DNA of 64,000 nt, from assembly GCF_963921235.1 (NCBI RefSeq), contig NC_086108.1, positions 24,366,001 through 24,430,000 of the forward strand, written 5' to 3'. The notes beneath the pieces were generated by a model. It had not been told where the DNA came from, did no database searches, and saw only the letters and a program-made list of their open reading frames with translations. Position numbers and translations under genes: made by a program. How positions within the stretch are numbered: the stretch's first letter is position 1; every line of letters begins with the position of its first letter. The DNA comes from Mobula hypostoma. Taxonomy: Eukaryota. This document shows, one piece after another, positions 36,748 through 48,751 of the stretch.

Positions 36748-37235
36748 GTGTTGTGCCACCCTCTATGGCTCTGGTTGGAAAGCATTACCACAGCTTTTTT
36801 ACGCAACGTATCTGAGTAAGCTCCAGATATGTTAATCAGGCAGTTACTTGTAAAATGTGACTTGTTTTTAAGCTGGAAACATGTTCAAGGCGCTTCAGGA
36901 AAGTTGCAACCATTCAGTTTTTATGAGTATAAAGAACCGGAATCTACTCTGCACACATTAAGATCATTGCATGAACTTCAAATGGGAGACAAAAAGCTGC
37001 TTGTAAAAGTAGATTCAAAGACCAAAGCCCAACTGGATGAATGGAAGGCCAAAAAGAAAGGAACAATACAGATAGGAAAACAAAGGATTCATCAGATGAT
37101 GTTGTGGATAAGGCAATGAAGAGGAGAGATTAGATCATAATGGGAGCAATAGAAGGATTAATACTTCAGTGAACTAAATGTACCTTCCCAAGATCATGAT
37201 GCATGAATTAGAAGAAAAAGGAGGGAAAAGAAAGG
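36748..37235 (+). pseudogene. RBM25: Processed pseudogene fragment of RNA-binding protein 25 (RRM region)
   Basis: PPSMALVGKH / TTAFLRNVSE*APDMLIRQLLVKCDLFLSWKHVQGASGKLQPFSFYEYKEPESTLHTLRSLHELQMGDKKLLVKVDSKTKAQLDEWKAKKK / KRRD*IIMGAIEGLI / SELNVPSQ...RRKRREKK matches recalled vertebrate RBM25; in-frame TAA at 36817, frameshifts, no introns. Confidence 0.92.
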
Positions 37236-37494
37236 TGTCCAGAGGTGTCAGCCCATTTCCTGCAATCTCAGAATCAACTCCTACATCCACCAAGGAGGAT
37301 GCCCCAGAAGCTGAGATCGTTTTCACAGCCGCATGTCTCACCTACCAGGCAGAGTGATTCCCCTTGTCAGGAAAGACATTATCCCACAAGAGTAAGAAAT
37401 TCTCCACAGCAATTAAATCTTTAGGCCTGAGTGGGACAATATATAATTTACTATGCTGTGGTTGTCCATATATAGTAGTTGTCTTACAAAATAT

Positions 37495-37704
37495 GGCCGG
37501 CCAGTGGCATAGTGACACCCACACCGGACTTCAAGGCGGGTGGTCCTGGGGTTTGAATCAAGCTGGCTCTTTGCACACTTTCCATCCCTGCTGGGTTGAG
37601 CAACCAGCTAGCAACTCGGCCTCGTAAAGAAAACAGAGAAAGGCTAAAGAAGCAGCAAGGTTGCCACCTGATGTGCCACAAGGCGTGGAGAGGAACAACA
37701 TCAT
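37495..37704 (+). mobile_element. tRNA-like SINE with RTE-type body and tail
   Basis: A-box gtggcatagtg, B-box ggtttgaatc, RTE 5'UTR-like gggttgagc...gctagcaactcggcctcgtaaa, tail ggagaggaacaaca. Confidence 0.6.
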
Positions 37705-37711
37705 TATAATA

Positions 37712-38039
37712 AGAGGAATAGATAGAGTGGATAGCCAGTGCCTCTTCCCCAGGGCACCACTGCTCAATACAAGAGGACATGGCTTTAAGGTAAGGGGTGG
37801 GAAGTTCAACGGGGATATTAGAGGAAGGTTTTTCACTCAGAGAGTGGTTGGTGCATGGAATGCACTTCCTGAGTCAGTGGTGGAGGCAGATACACTAGTG
37901 AAGTTTAAGAGACTACTAGACAGGTATATGGAGGAATTTAAGGTGGGGGCTTATATGGGAGGCAGGGTTTGAGGGTCGGTGCAACATTGTGGGCCGAAGG
38001 GCCTGTACTGTGCTGTACTATTCTATGTTCTATGTTCTA
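37712..38039 (+). mobile_element. Young CR1 3' end with 7-bp TSD
   Basis: TRGHGFKVRG...FFTQRVVGAWNALP, (ttctatg)n tail; tataata at 37705-37711 and 38040-38046. Confidence 0.9.
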
Positions 38040-38120
38040 TATAATACACTGTGTTACAGTGTAATATAGTTGAGATGCATTCTCTGCTAAGATGAAGTTT
38101 GAAGGCTAAGTTGGTAGAAG

Positions 38121-38355
38121 TGTTGTGTATTTATTATTGAAGTAATATTTGGGTAATATGGTGGTTGATTAAACAGTGTTTGTTTAAATAATTCATTATG
38201 GATTATATGTATAAATACGTGAATTGCATACATCATCATGCTACCACGTGATAGGTGCGTGCCTCACTTAAAGTAAACCCGAAGTTAGACTCATTTTCGG
38301 ACTCCTGTATCTTCGTTTGAATTAATTTAATGTTTTGAAATTACAAAACATAACA
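38121..38355 (+). mobile_element. Probable solo LTR (~235 bp)
   Basis: Ends tgttgtgt...acataaca; homologous copy at 61851-62097. Confidence 0.65.
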
Positions 38356-40134
38356 GATAGCCCTTAAGAGTCTGCATTTCAGGTACATTTACCAAATGCT
38401 GTCTCAAGATAAACAAGTAGCTTTCTTAGATGAGTTTCTGGTTTAACCTATGTTAAGTCCTCCTCTTGGATTCATGCTAGCTTTCTCATCATAATATTTT
38501 GTTTAATCACAAGTTTCATCTCTTTTGATCTCAAACTTAAAGTTACTACTACCAAATGTCTTGAAGATCACATACACCTCTTCCAAGTAAACACTTCAGA
38601 CTCCTTCGATAGTTTTCTATTTAAGGTAAATTTCAACTTCTCTCCTTAACAGTCATCTAATCATAATACCTTTTTTTGTTTTGTTTGTTTCTCTTCCACT
38701 GATTTTGCCAAGCTTGGCTTCAACAGTAATCATCTTGTTGAGAAATAGCTCAGCTGGCAATCCATCAATAGTGGTTTGAGAAGAGTTTTCAGACGTTATC
38801 AAAAAGTTTGCCAGTTTGCAAACCAATCAGATCTAAATTTACTTTGATCTGGTTCCAGAATTTGCTTAATTATGGCATGTTAAGCAAAAGGGGCTGTGGG
38901 TTTAGCTGCTTATAAGAAGCATAACATAGTAGTGGACTTTGCTATGATTAACAGCATTTCTTTGAAATGTTGAAATTATTCTGAACAAATTTGATGACCA
39001 CTGTCTGACACAACTTTATTGCATCCCGTATGATACAAATTGCAACATATACAAATTTGTTTATGGTTATTGAACATTTGAAGAAAGACATACTTTTAAT
39101 GATTTCTGATCACAAGCAACAACCGTTGTCCATTAGAAAGTCCACACAACCATTGCCATAGTCTGCTGGACCATTTCTCTGGCACAAGAGAAGACATTGC
39201 ACTTCTTAATTAATCATTGTCTTGAGATTCATTCCCACTATTTGCTTTAGTTCCTGATCAAATCTAGGCCCTAATAGTCAACTTCGTGTCAGATTCTGTC
39301 AGATTTTCAGCATTGATGATGAAAATCCTTGTACAATTGGGATTTTCATTCCTGAGAAATCATTTTTCTGGCTCCCAAAATCCATTCAATTCAATCTTGC
39401 AACCAAAATATAGGCAAATACCTTCACTGGAATCCAATGTCAACCAACCAACCATTGGCATACACTTTAATGAGAAATGAATTTCCTTCACTGATGTTAT
39501 CTGCAGTAACATGCAAATTGATACCAGGAAAATATTGCTCTCCCCTTTGATGTAACTTGAAGCGTTTTTACAATATGCAGATTGTGTGTACCTAGTGTCA
39601 TTTTTAGAAGCAGGCAGAATTAAGCCTCAACGTTACATTTAATTAATGTGGGAATAGGTGACTCTTTATTCAAAATTCCGGAGTTAGAGTTAATTATGAT
39701 GTAGCACTGAGAGTACAGATATTTACAGAAATTTCTTAGCCCAAATTTCAGAGACAATATTTCTTGTTCCTTGGATCACAGTTCTGTTCACTGACATGAG
39801 ATATAATTGCTGAAATGTTATATGGTAATGCATCATGGTTTGATCTCTCATATTGCATCATAATATGCAAGTATGATACTTTTCAAAACTTCATTGTTTT
39901 ATAACAACTATTCCTTCATTTGCAAGGAACAGTTTTCCTCAATAGATCTCTCAGAAGATAAGAAACATAACAAAATTTGGTCTGAGTTTCCTGTAGTAAT
40001 TCATAAAAACAAAATGTATTGATGACCTTGATGGTTTTGAGAGCGACTCGCAAGCCCACAAGATATAGGATTAGAATTATGCTGTTTGGCTTGTTGAGTC
40101 CTCTCTGCCATGTTATCATGGCTGTATCGTAGGA

Positions 40135-41785
40135 AACATCCTCTCCACATCCACTCTATCGAGGTCTTTCAACTTTCAATAGGGCTCAATGAGATCCCCC
40201 TGCATTCTTCTGAATTTCAGTGAATATAGGCCCAGAGCCATCAGACACTCCTCATATGATAAGCCTTTCAATCCCGGAATCATCTTTATGAACCTTCTTT
40301 GAACCCTTTCCGATGACAGCACATCCTAGTTAGGCCTCACCAGTGCCTTATAAAGCCTCAACATTGCATCCTTGCTTTTGCGTTCTAGTTCTCACAAAAT
40401 GAATGCAAACATTGCATTTGCCTTCCTCACCACAGACTCAATCTGCAGAAAAACCTTCAGGGAAACCTGCACGAGTACTTCCAAGTCCCTCTGCACCTTA
40501 AATTTTTGAATTTTCTCTCCATTTATAAAATAGTCTACATGTTTATTTCTTCTACCAAAGCGCATAACCATGCACTTCCTGACCCTGTATTCCATCTGCC
40601 ACTTTGCCCATTCTCCTGCAGATAACATCAGTGAAGGAGTTGCTAGCTAAAATCTATGCCAATGGTTGGGTGGTTGACATTGGATTCCAATGAAGATTTT
40701 TGTTATATTTTGGTTGCAAGATTGAATTGAATGCATTGTGGGAGCCAGAATAGTGATTTAGGAATGAAAATCCCAATTGTACAAGGATTTTCATCATCAA
40801 CACTGTCTACAGAGTCTGACTAGAACATGTTTCATTGACCACAACCCACCTGTTTCTGTGGGCAAGCCAGTTCTGAATCCGTGGAGCCAAGTTTACCAGA
40901 ATCCCACTTATTCTGACATTCGTATGAATCTTCTCTGGGAAGCCTTGTCAAATGCCTGACTAAGGTCCATACACACCATCTCTATTTCCTCAATACTGCC
41001 TGCTCCTCCCCCTATTTTCATATCATCCACAAAGTTGGCCACAATTCTGTCATTCCAATTATTGACAAATAACATAAAAAGAATCAGTCCCAACACAGGT
41101 CCCCATGGAACACCACTAGCTATGGGCAACCAGTTAGAAAAGGCTCCCTTTATTCACACTCTTTGCCTCCTGCCAATCAGTCACTGCCTTATTCATGCTA
41201 GGATCTTTCCTGTAATACCATGGGCCTATAGCTTGTTAAGCAGCCTCATGTGTGGCAGTTTGTCAAAAGGCCTTCTGAAAATTGAAGAACACTGCATTCA
41301 CCAATTCTCCTTTGTCTATCCTGCATTTTATTTCCTCAAAGAATTCCAACAGACTTGTCAGTCAAGATTTTCCCTTAAGGAAACCACGCTGACTGCAGCC
41401 TATTATATCATTTGTACCCCGAAACCACATCCTTACGGATCAACTCAACAATCAACAAGATCAGAGTAACGGGCCTATAATTCCTTTCTTCTGCCTCTCT
41501 CCCTTCTTGAAGGGTGGAGTGACATTTGCAATTTTCCACTCCCCTGGAACAATGCCAGAATCTGTTGATTCTTCGAAAATTATTAGTAATGCCCGCACAA
41601 TTTCTTCAGCCACCTCCTTCAGACCCCTGCTGTGAAGACCACCTGGTCCAGGTGATTTACCTACCTTCAGGCATTTCAGTTTCCTAATCACATTCTCCCT
41701 AGTAATGGCATCTTCACTCACTTCTTCCCCCTGACACCCTCGAACTTCCAGCATTCTGCTAGTGTCTTCCACAGTGTAGTCTGAG
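40135..41785 (-). mobile_element. Old CR1 LINE fragment containing a templated patch
   Basis: KSPGPGGLH, SGVPWGPVLG, FVDDMKIGG, WAKWQMEY on the minus strand. Confidence 0.88.
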
Positions 41786-41789
41786 GTAA

Positions 41790-44600
41790 AGAGGAAACGT
41801 GTCTGGATTCAGCAGTAGGGGAGGTTCTCGGTCAATAGTTTGCTTCAGTATTTACCGGTGAAGGGGCCTTTGATGAATGTGAGAACAGCTAATATACTTG
41901 ACCATGTCAATGTTAAGAAAGATGATGTGCTGGAACTTCAGGAAATCATTATGATAGATAAGTACCCTGGTTACCATGACAATCTTAGACCTGTGAATCT
42001 TATGGCAGTGCTAAGTAAAGTATTATCTTAAAGATGGGTTTTTTGAGCATTTGGAGAAGCATTGTCAGATCAAGGTTAGTCAGCGTTGCTTTGTGAGGGG
42101 CAGTTGTGCCTCAGGAGCCTGACTAATTTCTTCTAGGAAGTGACAAAACAAATTAATGAAGGTAGAGCAGTGGATATGGTGTGTATGACCTTTAGTCAGG
42201 CAATTGTCAATGTTCCCCATGGAAGATGCATTCAGAAAGTCAAAATACATGGGATTCTGGTAAACTTGGCTCCATGGATTCAGAACAGGCTTGCCCACAG
42301 AAATAAATGGATTCTGGTCAATGAAACATGTTCTCCCTGGATGCGTGTTCTGCAGGGATTTCTTCTAGACCTCCTGCCTCTTCTGCTTTTTATAAATGGT
42401 GAAGAAGCGGAATGGTAAGATTGCAGGTGACACCAAGATTGGTGGTGCTATGGATAGTGTAAAAGGTTGTTGTAGGTTACAACAGGACATTGATATGATG
42501 CAGAACTGGGCTGAGAAGTGGCAGATGGAGTTCAATCCAGAAAAGTGTGAAGTAATAATTTCAAACTTGAAGGTGGTGTATAGAGTTAGTGGCAGTATTC
42601 TTGGTAGTGTGGAAGAACAGAGGGATCTTAGGGTACACATCGATTGATCCCTTGAAGTTGTCATGCAAGTTGTTTGGGTGGTTATGAAGGCCTATGCTGT
42701 GTTGGGATTCATTACCAGAGGGATTGAGTTCAAGGGCTGCAAAGTGAAGTTGCAACTCTATAAAACCCCAGTCAGACCACACTTCGAGTTGTGTTCGGTT
42801 TTGGTCACTTCATTACGGGAAGGATGTCGAAGTTTTAGAGAAGGGCGCAGAGGAGATTTATCAGGATGCAGCCTCGATTAGATGGCATGTCTTATGATGA
42901 AATCTTCACTCCTCAACTTTTCCTATGCTTCGTGGATGACTGCATTGGTGCAACTTCTGCTCCCATGCGGAGCTCATTGACCTCAACTTTGCCTGCAACT
43001 TCCACCCTGCCCTCAAGCTTACCTGGTCCATTTCCAACACCTCCCTCCCCTTTCTCAAGCTCTCTGTTTCTATCTTTACAGATAGCTTACCTATTGATGT
43101 CTATTATAAACCCACTCATTCTCACAACTACCTGGATTATATCTCTTCCCACCCTGTTACTTGTAAAACTGCCAACCCCTTCTCTCAATTCCTTTGTCTC
43201 CTCCACATCTACTTTCAGGATGAGACTCTTCATTCCAGAACTGAGGAGGTTCCTTCTTCTTCAAAGAAAGGGGCTTCACTTCTTCCAACATCATCTGTCC
43301 TCATCCCATCCTCCTACTAGCCCACCAGGGATAGGGTCCCTCTTGTACTCACCTCCAATCCTGCCAGCTTCCACATTCAGCACATAATTCTCTGTAACTT
43401 CCGCCATCTCCAACAGGATCCCACCACCAAGCACATCTTTCCCTCCACCCCCCCCCCACTTGCTGCTTTCTACAGGGACGACTCTCTAGGTGACTCATTT
43501 GTCCATTTCGTCCCTCCCCACTGATCTCCCTCCTGGCACTTATCCTTGCAAGTGGAACAAGTGCTACAACTGCCCCAAGATCTCCTCCCTCACTACCATT
43601 CAGGGCCCCAAACAGTCCTTCAAGATGAGGTGACACTTCAGCTGTGAGTCTTTTGGGGGTCATCTGCTGTATCTGGTGCTCCCGATGTGGCTTCCTGTAT
43701 ATCGATGAGACCTGACGTAGATTGTAAGACCGCTTCGCCAAGCACCTACGCTCCATCCGCCAGAAAAAGTGGGATTTTCCAGTGGCCACCTGTTTTAATT
43801 CCAATTTAATTCCAATTCCCATTCCAACATGTCAGTCCATGGCCTGCTCTACTGCCGCAATGAGGCCACGGTCAGGTATGAGGAGGAACACCTTTTATTC
43901 GTCTGCGTCATCTCCAACCTGATGGTATAAACATCGATTTCTCAAACTTCCGGTTATGTCCCCAATCCCTCTCCTTCACCATTCCCCATTTCCTTTTCCC
44001 TCTCTCACTTTATCTCCTTACCTGACCATCATCTCCCTCTGGTGCTCCTCCCCCTTTTCTTTCTTCCATGGCCTTCTGTCCTCTCTTATCAGACTCCCCC
44101 TTCTCCAGCCCTGTATCTCTTTCACCAATCAACTTCCCAGCTCTTTACTTCACCCCTCCTCTCTCCCGGTTTGACCTATCACCTGGTGCTTCTTCCTCCC
44201 CTCCCCTGCCATCTTACTCTGACTCCTCATCTTTTTTTCTCCAGTCGAAACGTCGACTGCATCTTTTCCATAGATGCTGCCTGGCCTGCTGAGTTCCTCC
44301 AGCATTTTGTGTGTGTTGCTTGGATTTCCAGCCTCTGCAGATTTTCCCTTGTTTATCACGAAATGTTGAGCAGGCAGGTTAGACTTGATCAAAGTTTATA
44401 AGATAATAAGGGGAATTGAATAAATGGACAGCCAATGTCCTTTTCCCCAGGTGGAAATGTTTAATACAAGAGTGTATAATTTCAAGGTGATTGGAGGAAA
44501 GGAATGGGGGGGGCGGGGTTGTCAGAGATAATGTTTTTTTTAAATACAGGTGGTGGTTGGTGCATGCAACATACTGTCAGGGTGCTGACGGAGGCAGATA
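41790..44600 (+). mobile_element. Old CR1 LINE interrupted by a PLE
   Basis: EGRAVDMV, DTKIGG...WAEKWQMEFNPEKCEV, QLYKTPVRPH; resumes after 44364. Confidence 0.85.
42904..44352 (+). mobile_element. 5'-truncated PLE (RT end, GIY-YIG, 3' repeat) with decayed 12-bp TSD
   Basis: FLCFVDDCIG, KCYNCP, CCIWCSRCGFLYIDET; flanks ttatgatgaaat (42892-42903) and ttatcacgaaat (44353-44364); hammerhead core deleted (ccagtc|gaaacgtcgactg). Confidence 0.88.
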
Positions 44601-44627
44601 CAGGTATAAATGAAAAATGGAGAGAAC

Positions 44628-45105
44628 AGTTGTGGCCAATTTATTAGGTACACCCATACACCTGCTCATTAATGCAAATATCTAATCAGCCAGTCGTGTG
44701 ACAGGATCTGTCAATAGGTTCAATTGTTATTCAGACCTAACATCAGAATGGTGAAGAAATGCGATCTAAGTGACTTTGACTGTGGAATGACTGTTGGTGT
44801 CTGACGGGCTAGTTTGAGTATCTCAGAAGCTGGGGACCTCCAAGGATTTTCAGGCACAACAGTCTCTAGAGTTTACGGGGAATGGTGTGAAAAACACAAA
44901 AAAACCATTCAGTGAGCAACAGTTCTGTGTATTAAAATGCTTTGTTCATGAGAGAGGTCAGAGGTGAACGGCCAGACTGGTTCAAGGTGACAGGAAGGTG
45001 ACAGTAACTCAAATAACCACATGTTACAGCAGTGATGTGCAAAAGAGCATCTCTGAACACACAACATGTCAAATTTTGAAGTAGATGGCTACCACAGAAG
45101 ACCAT
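44628..45105 (+). mobile_element. Tc1/mariner transposon fragment (left end + N-terminal transposase)
   Basis: TIR-like gtggccaatttattaggtaca; MVKKCDLSDFDCGMTVG...LSISEAGDLQGFSGTTVSRVYGEW...KVTVTQIT...KSISEHT. Confidence 0.8.
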
Positions 45106-45556
45106 AAACATAAAAGATGGTGCAGTGAACCATGGCAACACTCTGCGGGCTACATATAAAACTTCTAAAGGTACCTTGGTCTCTTGAATTACTCTCACTG
45201 TAATCTGGAGCCTGCAATTTCCCTTTAAACATCATACTTTTAAACTGACTTAATGAATGACACAAATTTCTGAGTGACTTGGCAGACTTAACTCTCAAGC
45301 AAACAGATATGTGTTCCCTAAGCAGATGAAGGTTTATCACCATGGCCAGAAGTGAGGCAGTGGGACGGGGTGGGGGGTTCGGGGGGGGGGGGGGGAAGGG
45401 ACTCCAAGCCAGGCTGATACACAGAAAAATGAGGCCCCACTACTCAGCATTCTGTTACAAAATGTACAGTCACTGGAAAACAAAATTAAGCAAGATTGCT
45501 GTATTGTAGGGAAATGAGAAATTGTTGTTTTTTGTGTTTTACTAAGACATGACTTC

Positions 45557-46270
45557 AGAATCAGAATCAGGTTTATTATCACCGGCATGTGATGTGAAAT
45601 TTGTTAACTTAGCAGCAGCAGTTCAATGCAATACATAATATGGAAGAAAAAAAAACAAAAAATAATTACAAATGAAATAAAATAACAAAAAATAATCAAT
45701 TACAGTATGTATATTAAATAGATTAAAAAACATGCAAAAGACAGAAATGCTGTATATTAAAAAGAGTAAGTGTCCAAGGGCTAAATGTCCATTCAGGAAT
45801 TGGATGGCAGAGGGGAAGAAGCTATTCCTGAATTGTTGAGTGTGTGCTTTCAGGCTTCTGTACCTCCTACCTGATGGTAACAGTAAGAAAATGGCACGCC
45901 CTGTGTGCAGGAGGTCCTTAATAATGGATGCTGCCCTTCTGAGACATTGCTCCCTGAAGATGGCCTGGGGTACTTTGTAGGCTAGTACCCAAGGTGGAGC
46001 CGACTAAATTTTCAATCCTCTGCAGTTACTTTCGGTCCTGTGCAGTAGCTTCCCCCCCAACCCCGACCCCAATACCAGACAGTGATGCAGCCTGTCAGAA
46101 TGCTCTCCACGGTACATCTACAGAAGTTTTTGAGTGTATTTGTTGACATGTCAAATCTCTTCAAACTCCTAATGAAGTATAGCCGCTGGCTTGTCTCCTT
46201 TATAACTACATCGATATGTTGGGACCAGGTTAGATCCTCAGTGATCCTGACACCCAGGAATTTGAAACTC
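45557..46270 (-). mobile_element. Younger Rex-Babar-type LINE 3' end, nested
   Basis: SFKFLGVRITEDLTWSQHI...QRLYFIRSLKRF...VESILTGCITVWY; agaatcagaatc tail. Confidence 0.88.
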
Positions 46271-47231
46271 AAGAGTACGGCAGATACAGCGACCAGACCC
46301 GAAGGCTTCTCAATGCACTTGGTGGACTGAACTCCTAATTCAGAAAAGGCAAAAGCTGGAGGGGTGTGTTTCATGATAAACTCTCAGTGATGCTCTGATG
46401 TGACGGTTTGTCATCCTCAGGTTCCCCCAGCCTTCAACATTCTGTTAATGCAGTTTACATGCCATCAGCAGCCAACTATCATCAAGTGCTTGAGATACTG
46501 CAAGATGCCATCTCCAGACAAGAAACAGTCCACTCCGATGCATTTCATTTCATGGTCAGCGACTTCAGTCATACTTGCTTGAAGAAAGCCCTGCACAATT
46601 ACCATCAGCGTATTACCTACAGCACCAGAGGCCCCAACGCATTAGGCAACTGATTTACTAAGATAAGGAATGCCTGCCTTCCATGCCCTGACTGCATTTC
46701 AGGAAATCTGATCACTTAGCTGTTCTTCTCCTACCTTCCTGCAGACAGAGGCTAAAGAGCAAGGCTCCGGAGATTTGGACAACAAAGAGATAGTCACAGG
46801 AGGCAGAGGAGCGGCCACAGGATTGCTTCAAGTTGGTGGACTGGTCTGTGTTCAAAAACTCATCTGTGCTTCTGAATCAGAACAGCACGATTGACTTGAA
46901 CTTTTTTGTGGAGGCACACATAGACAAGTTCCCCTCAAAATCATTGAGTCTTCCCCAGCCTGATGTCCTGGATGAACCATGAGATCCACAATCTGCTGAG
47001 AGCCAGATCAGAGGCATTCAGTCTGGCAACCAGGAAAGTTACAAGAGGTTCATGCATGACCTCTGCAAATCCATCTCATGGGTGAAATTCCAAATCTGGA
47101 CTAAACTTGAATTAATAAAGGATGATCAACATTTGTGGCAGGGCTTAAATGCTATCACCTCTTACATAGTGAAATCAAGCAGCATAGGTGACAACAGGGC
47201 TTTGCTTCCAGATGAGCTCAATGCCTTCTAT

Positions 47232-48190
47232 ACAACACACAGAACATGCTGGAGTAACTCAGCAGGCCAGGCAACTCATTTGGAAAAATATATACAGTCA
47301 ATGTTTCGGGCCAAGACACTTCATCAGGACTGGGAAAAAAGATGAGAAGTCAGAGTCAGAAGGCGGGATGAGGAGAGGAAAAAGTACCAAGTAATAAGTG
47401 ACAGTTTAAACTTGGAGAAGGGGAGGGGTGAAGTAAAGAGCTGGTAATTTAATTGGCGAATGAGATAAAGGGCTGGATCACCAGAGAGGTGATGGGTATG
47501 GAAGGAGATAAGGTGAGAGAGAGAAATAAGAATGGGGAATGGTGAGGCGGGGGGGGGGGTGCGCAATTACCAGAGGTTTGATAAATTGATATTCATGCCA
47601 TTAGATTAGAGGTTACCCAGACGGAATATAAGGTTTTGCTCCTCCAACCTGAGTATGGCCTCATCTTGGCAGTAGAAGAGGCCATGGACTGACATGCCGG
47701 AATAGTAATGGGAAGTAGAATTGAAATGGGTGGTCACCAGGACATCCTGCTTTTTCTGGTGAACAGAGCATAGGTGCTCGGCGAAGCGGCCTCCCAATCT
47801 ACATCTACCCTCAGCAATAGACAGGAAGCCACACCGGGAGCACTGGATACAGTAGATGACCCCAACAGACTGACAGGTGAAGTGTTGCCTCGCCTGGAAG
47901 GACTATTTGAGGCCCTGAATTGTAGTGAGGGAGGAGGTGAGGCACTTGTTCCGCTTACAAAGTTAAGTCAGGGAGATCAGTGGAGACTTCCCATTCTGAC
48001 ATATCAGTCCATGGCCTCCTCTACTGCCTCTCCTCACCTTCTTACTTTGACTTCTCACTTTTCTTCCCAGTCCCAAAACGTCAACTGTTTACTCTTTTCT
48101 GGAGATGCTGCCTGGCCTGCAGAGTTCCTCCAGTATTTTGTGTGAGTGACTTGGATTTCCTGCATCTTCAGAGTTTGTGTTTGTTAATGC
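47232..48190. mobile_element. Inverted two-arm PLE (minus 47232-47983, plus 47984-48190), nested; decayed 11-bp TSD
   Basis: GIY-YIG remnant RFAEHL...LRLEEQNLIFRLG; flanks atgccttctat and atgctttctgt; hammerhead-like ctgatga...gaaa on the minus strand at 47295-47332. Confidence 0.85.
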
Positions 48191-48349
48191 ATGCTTTCTG
48201 TGCTCATTTTGACTGTCAAAATATGGAGGAACTTTCAGAAACTCCCAGGGTCCCCAGTGATCTTGAGGTTTCAGTCTCTGAGGCTGACGTAAGAGTATCC
48301 TTTAGGAGGATCCTATAGGAGTGAACCCATGCAAAACATCCAGCCCAGA

Positions 48350-48585
48350 TTTTTCCACACAGAGAGTGGTGGGTGTGTGGAATGCACTGCCAGAGATGGT
48401 GGTAAAGGCGGATACGATAAGGTCTTTTAAGAGACTCTTAGATAGGTACATGGAGCTTAGAAAATTAGCGGGCTATGTGGTAGGGAAATTCTAGGCAGCT
48501 TCTAGAGTAGGTTACATTGTTGGCACAACTTTGTGGGCCAAAGGATCTGTAATGTGCTGTAGATTTCTATAATCTATGTTTTATG
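48350..48585 (+). mobile_element. CR1 3' end, nested
   Basis: ttccacacagagagtggtgggtgtgtggaatgcactgcc...gtgggccaaaggatctgtaatgtgctgtagatttctat. Confidence 0.85.
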
Positions 48586-48751
48586 TACCTGGCTTAGTAC
48601 AAAAGACCTGCACTGATCAATTGGCTGGAGTGCTTACTGAGATCTTTAACCTCTCACTTCGGCAGTCTGAGGAACCAACCTGCTTTGAGCAGGTTTCAAT
48701 TTTTCTCAGTGTCTAAGGATAAGGATAATGTGGCAACTGCCTCAATGACTC

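Noticed and set aside
36829..37119. Functional RBM25 gene
   Set aside because: In-frame stops, frameshifts, an internal deletion, no introns, and both ends of the protein are missing.
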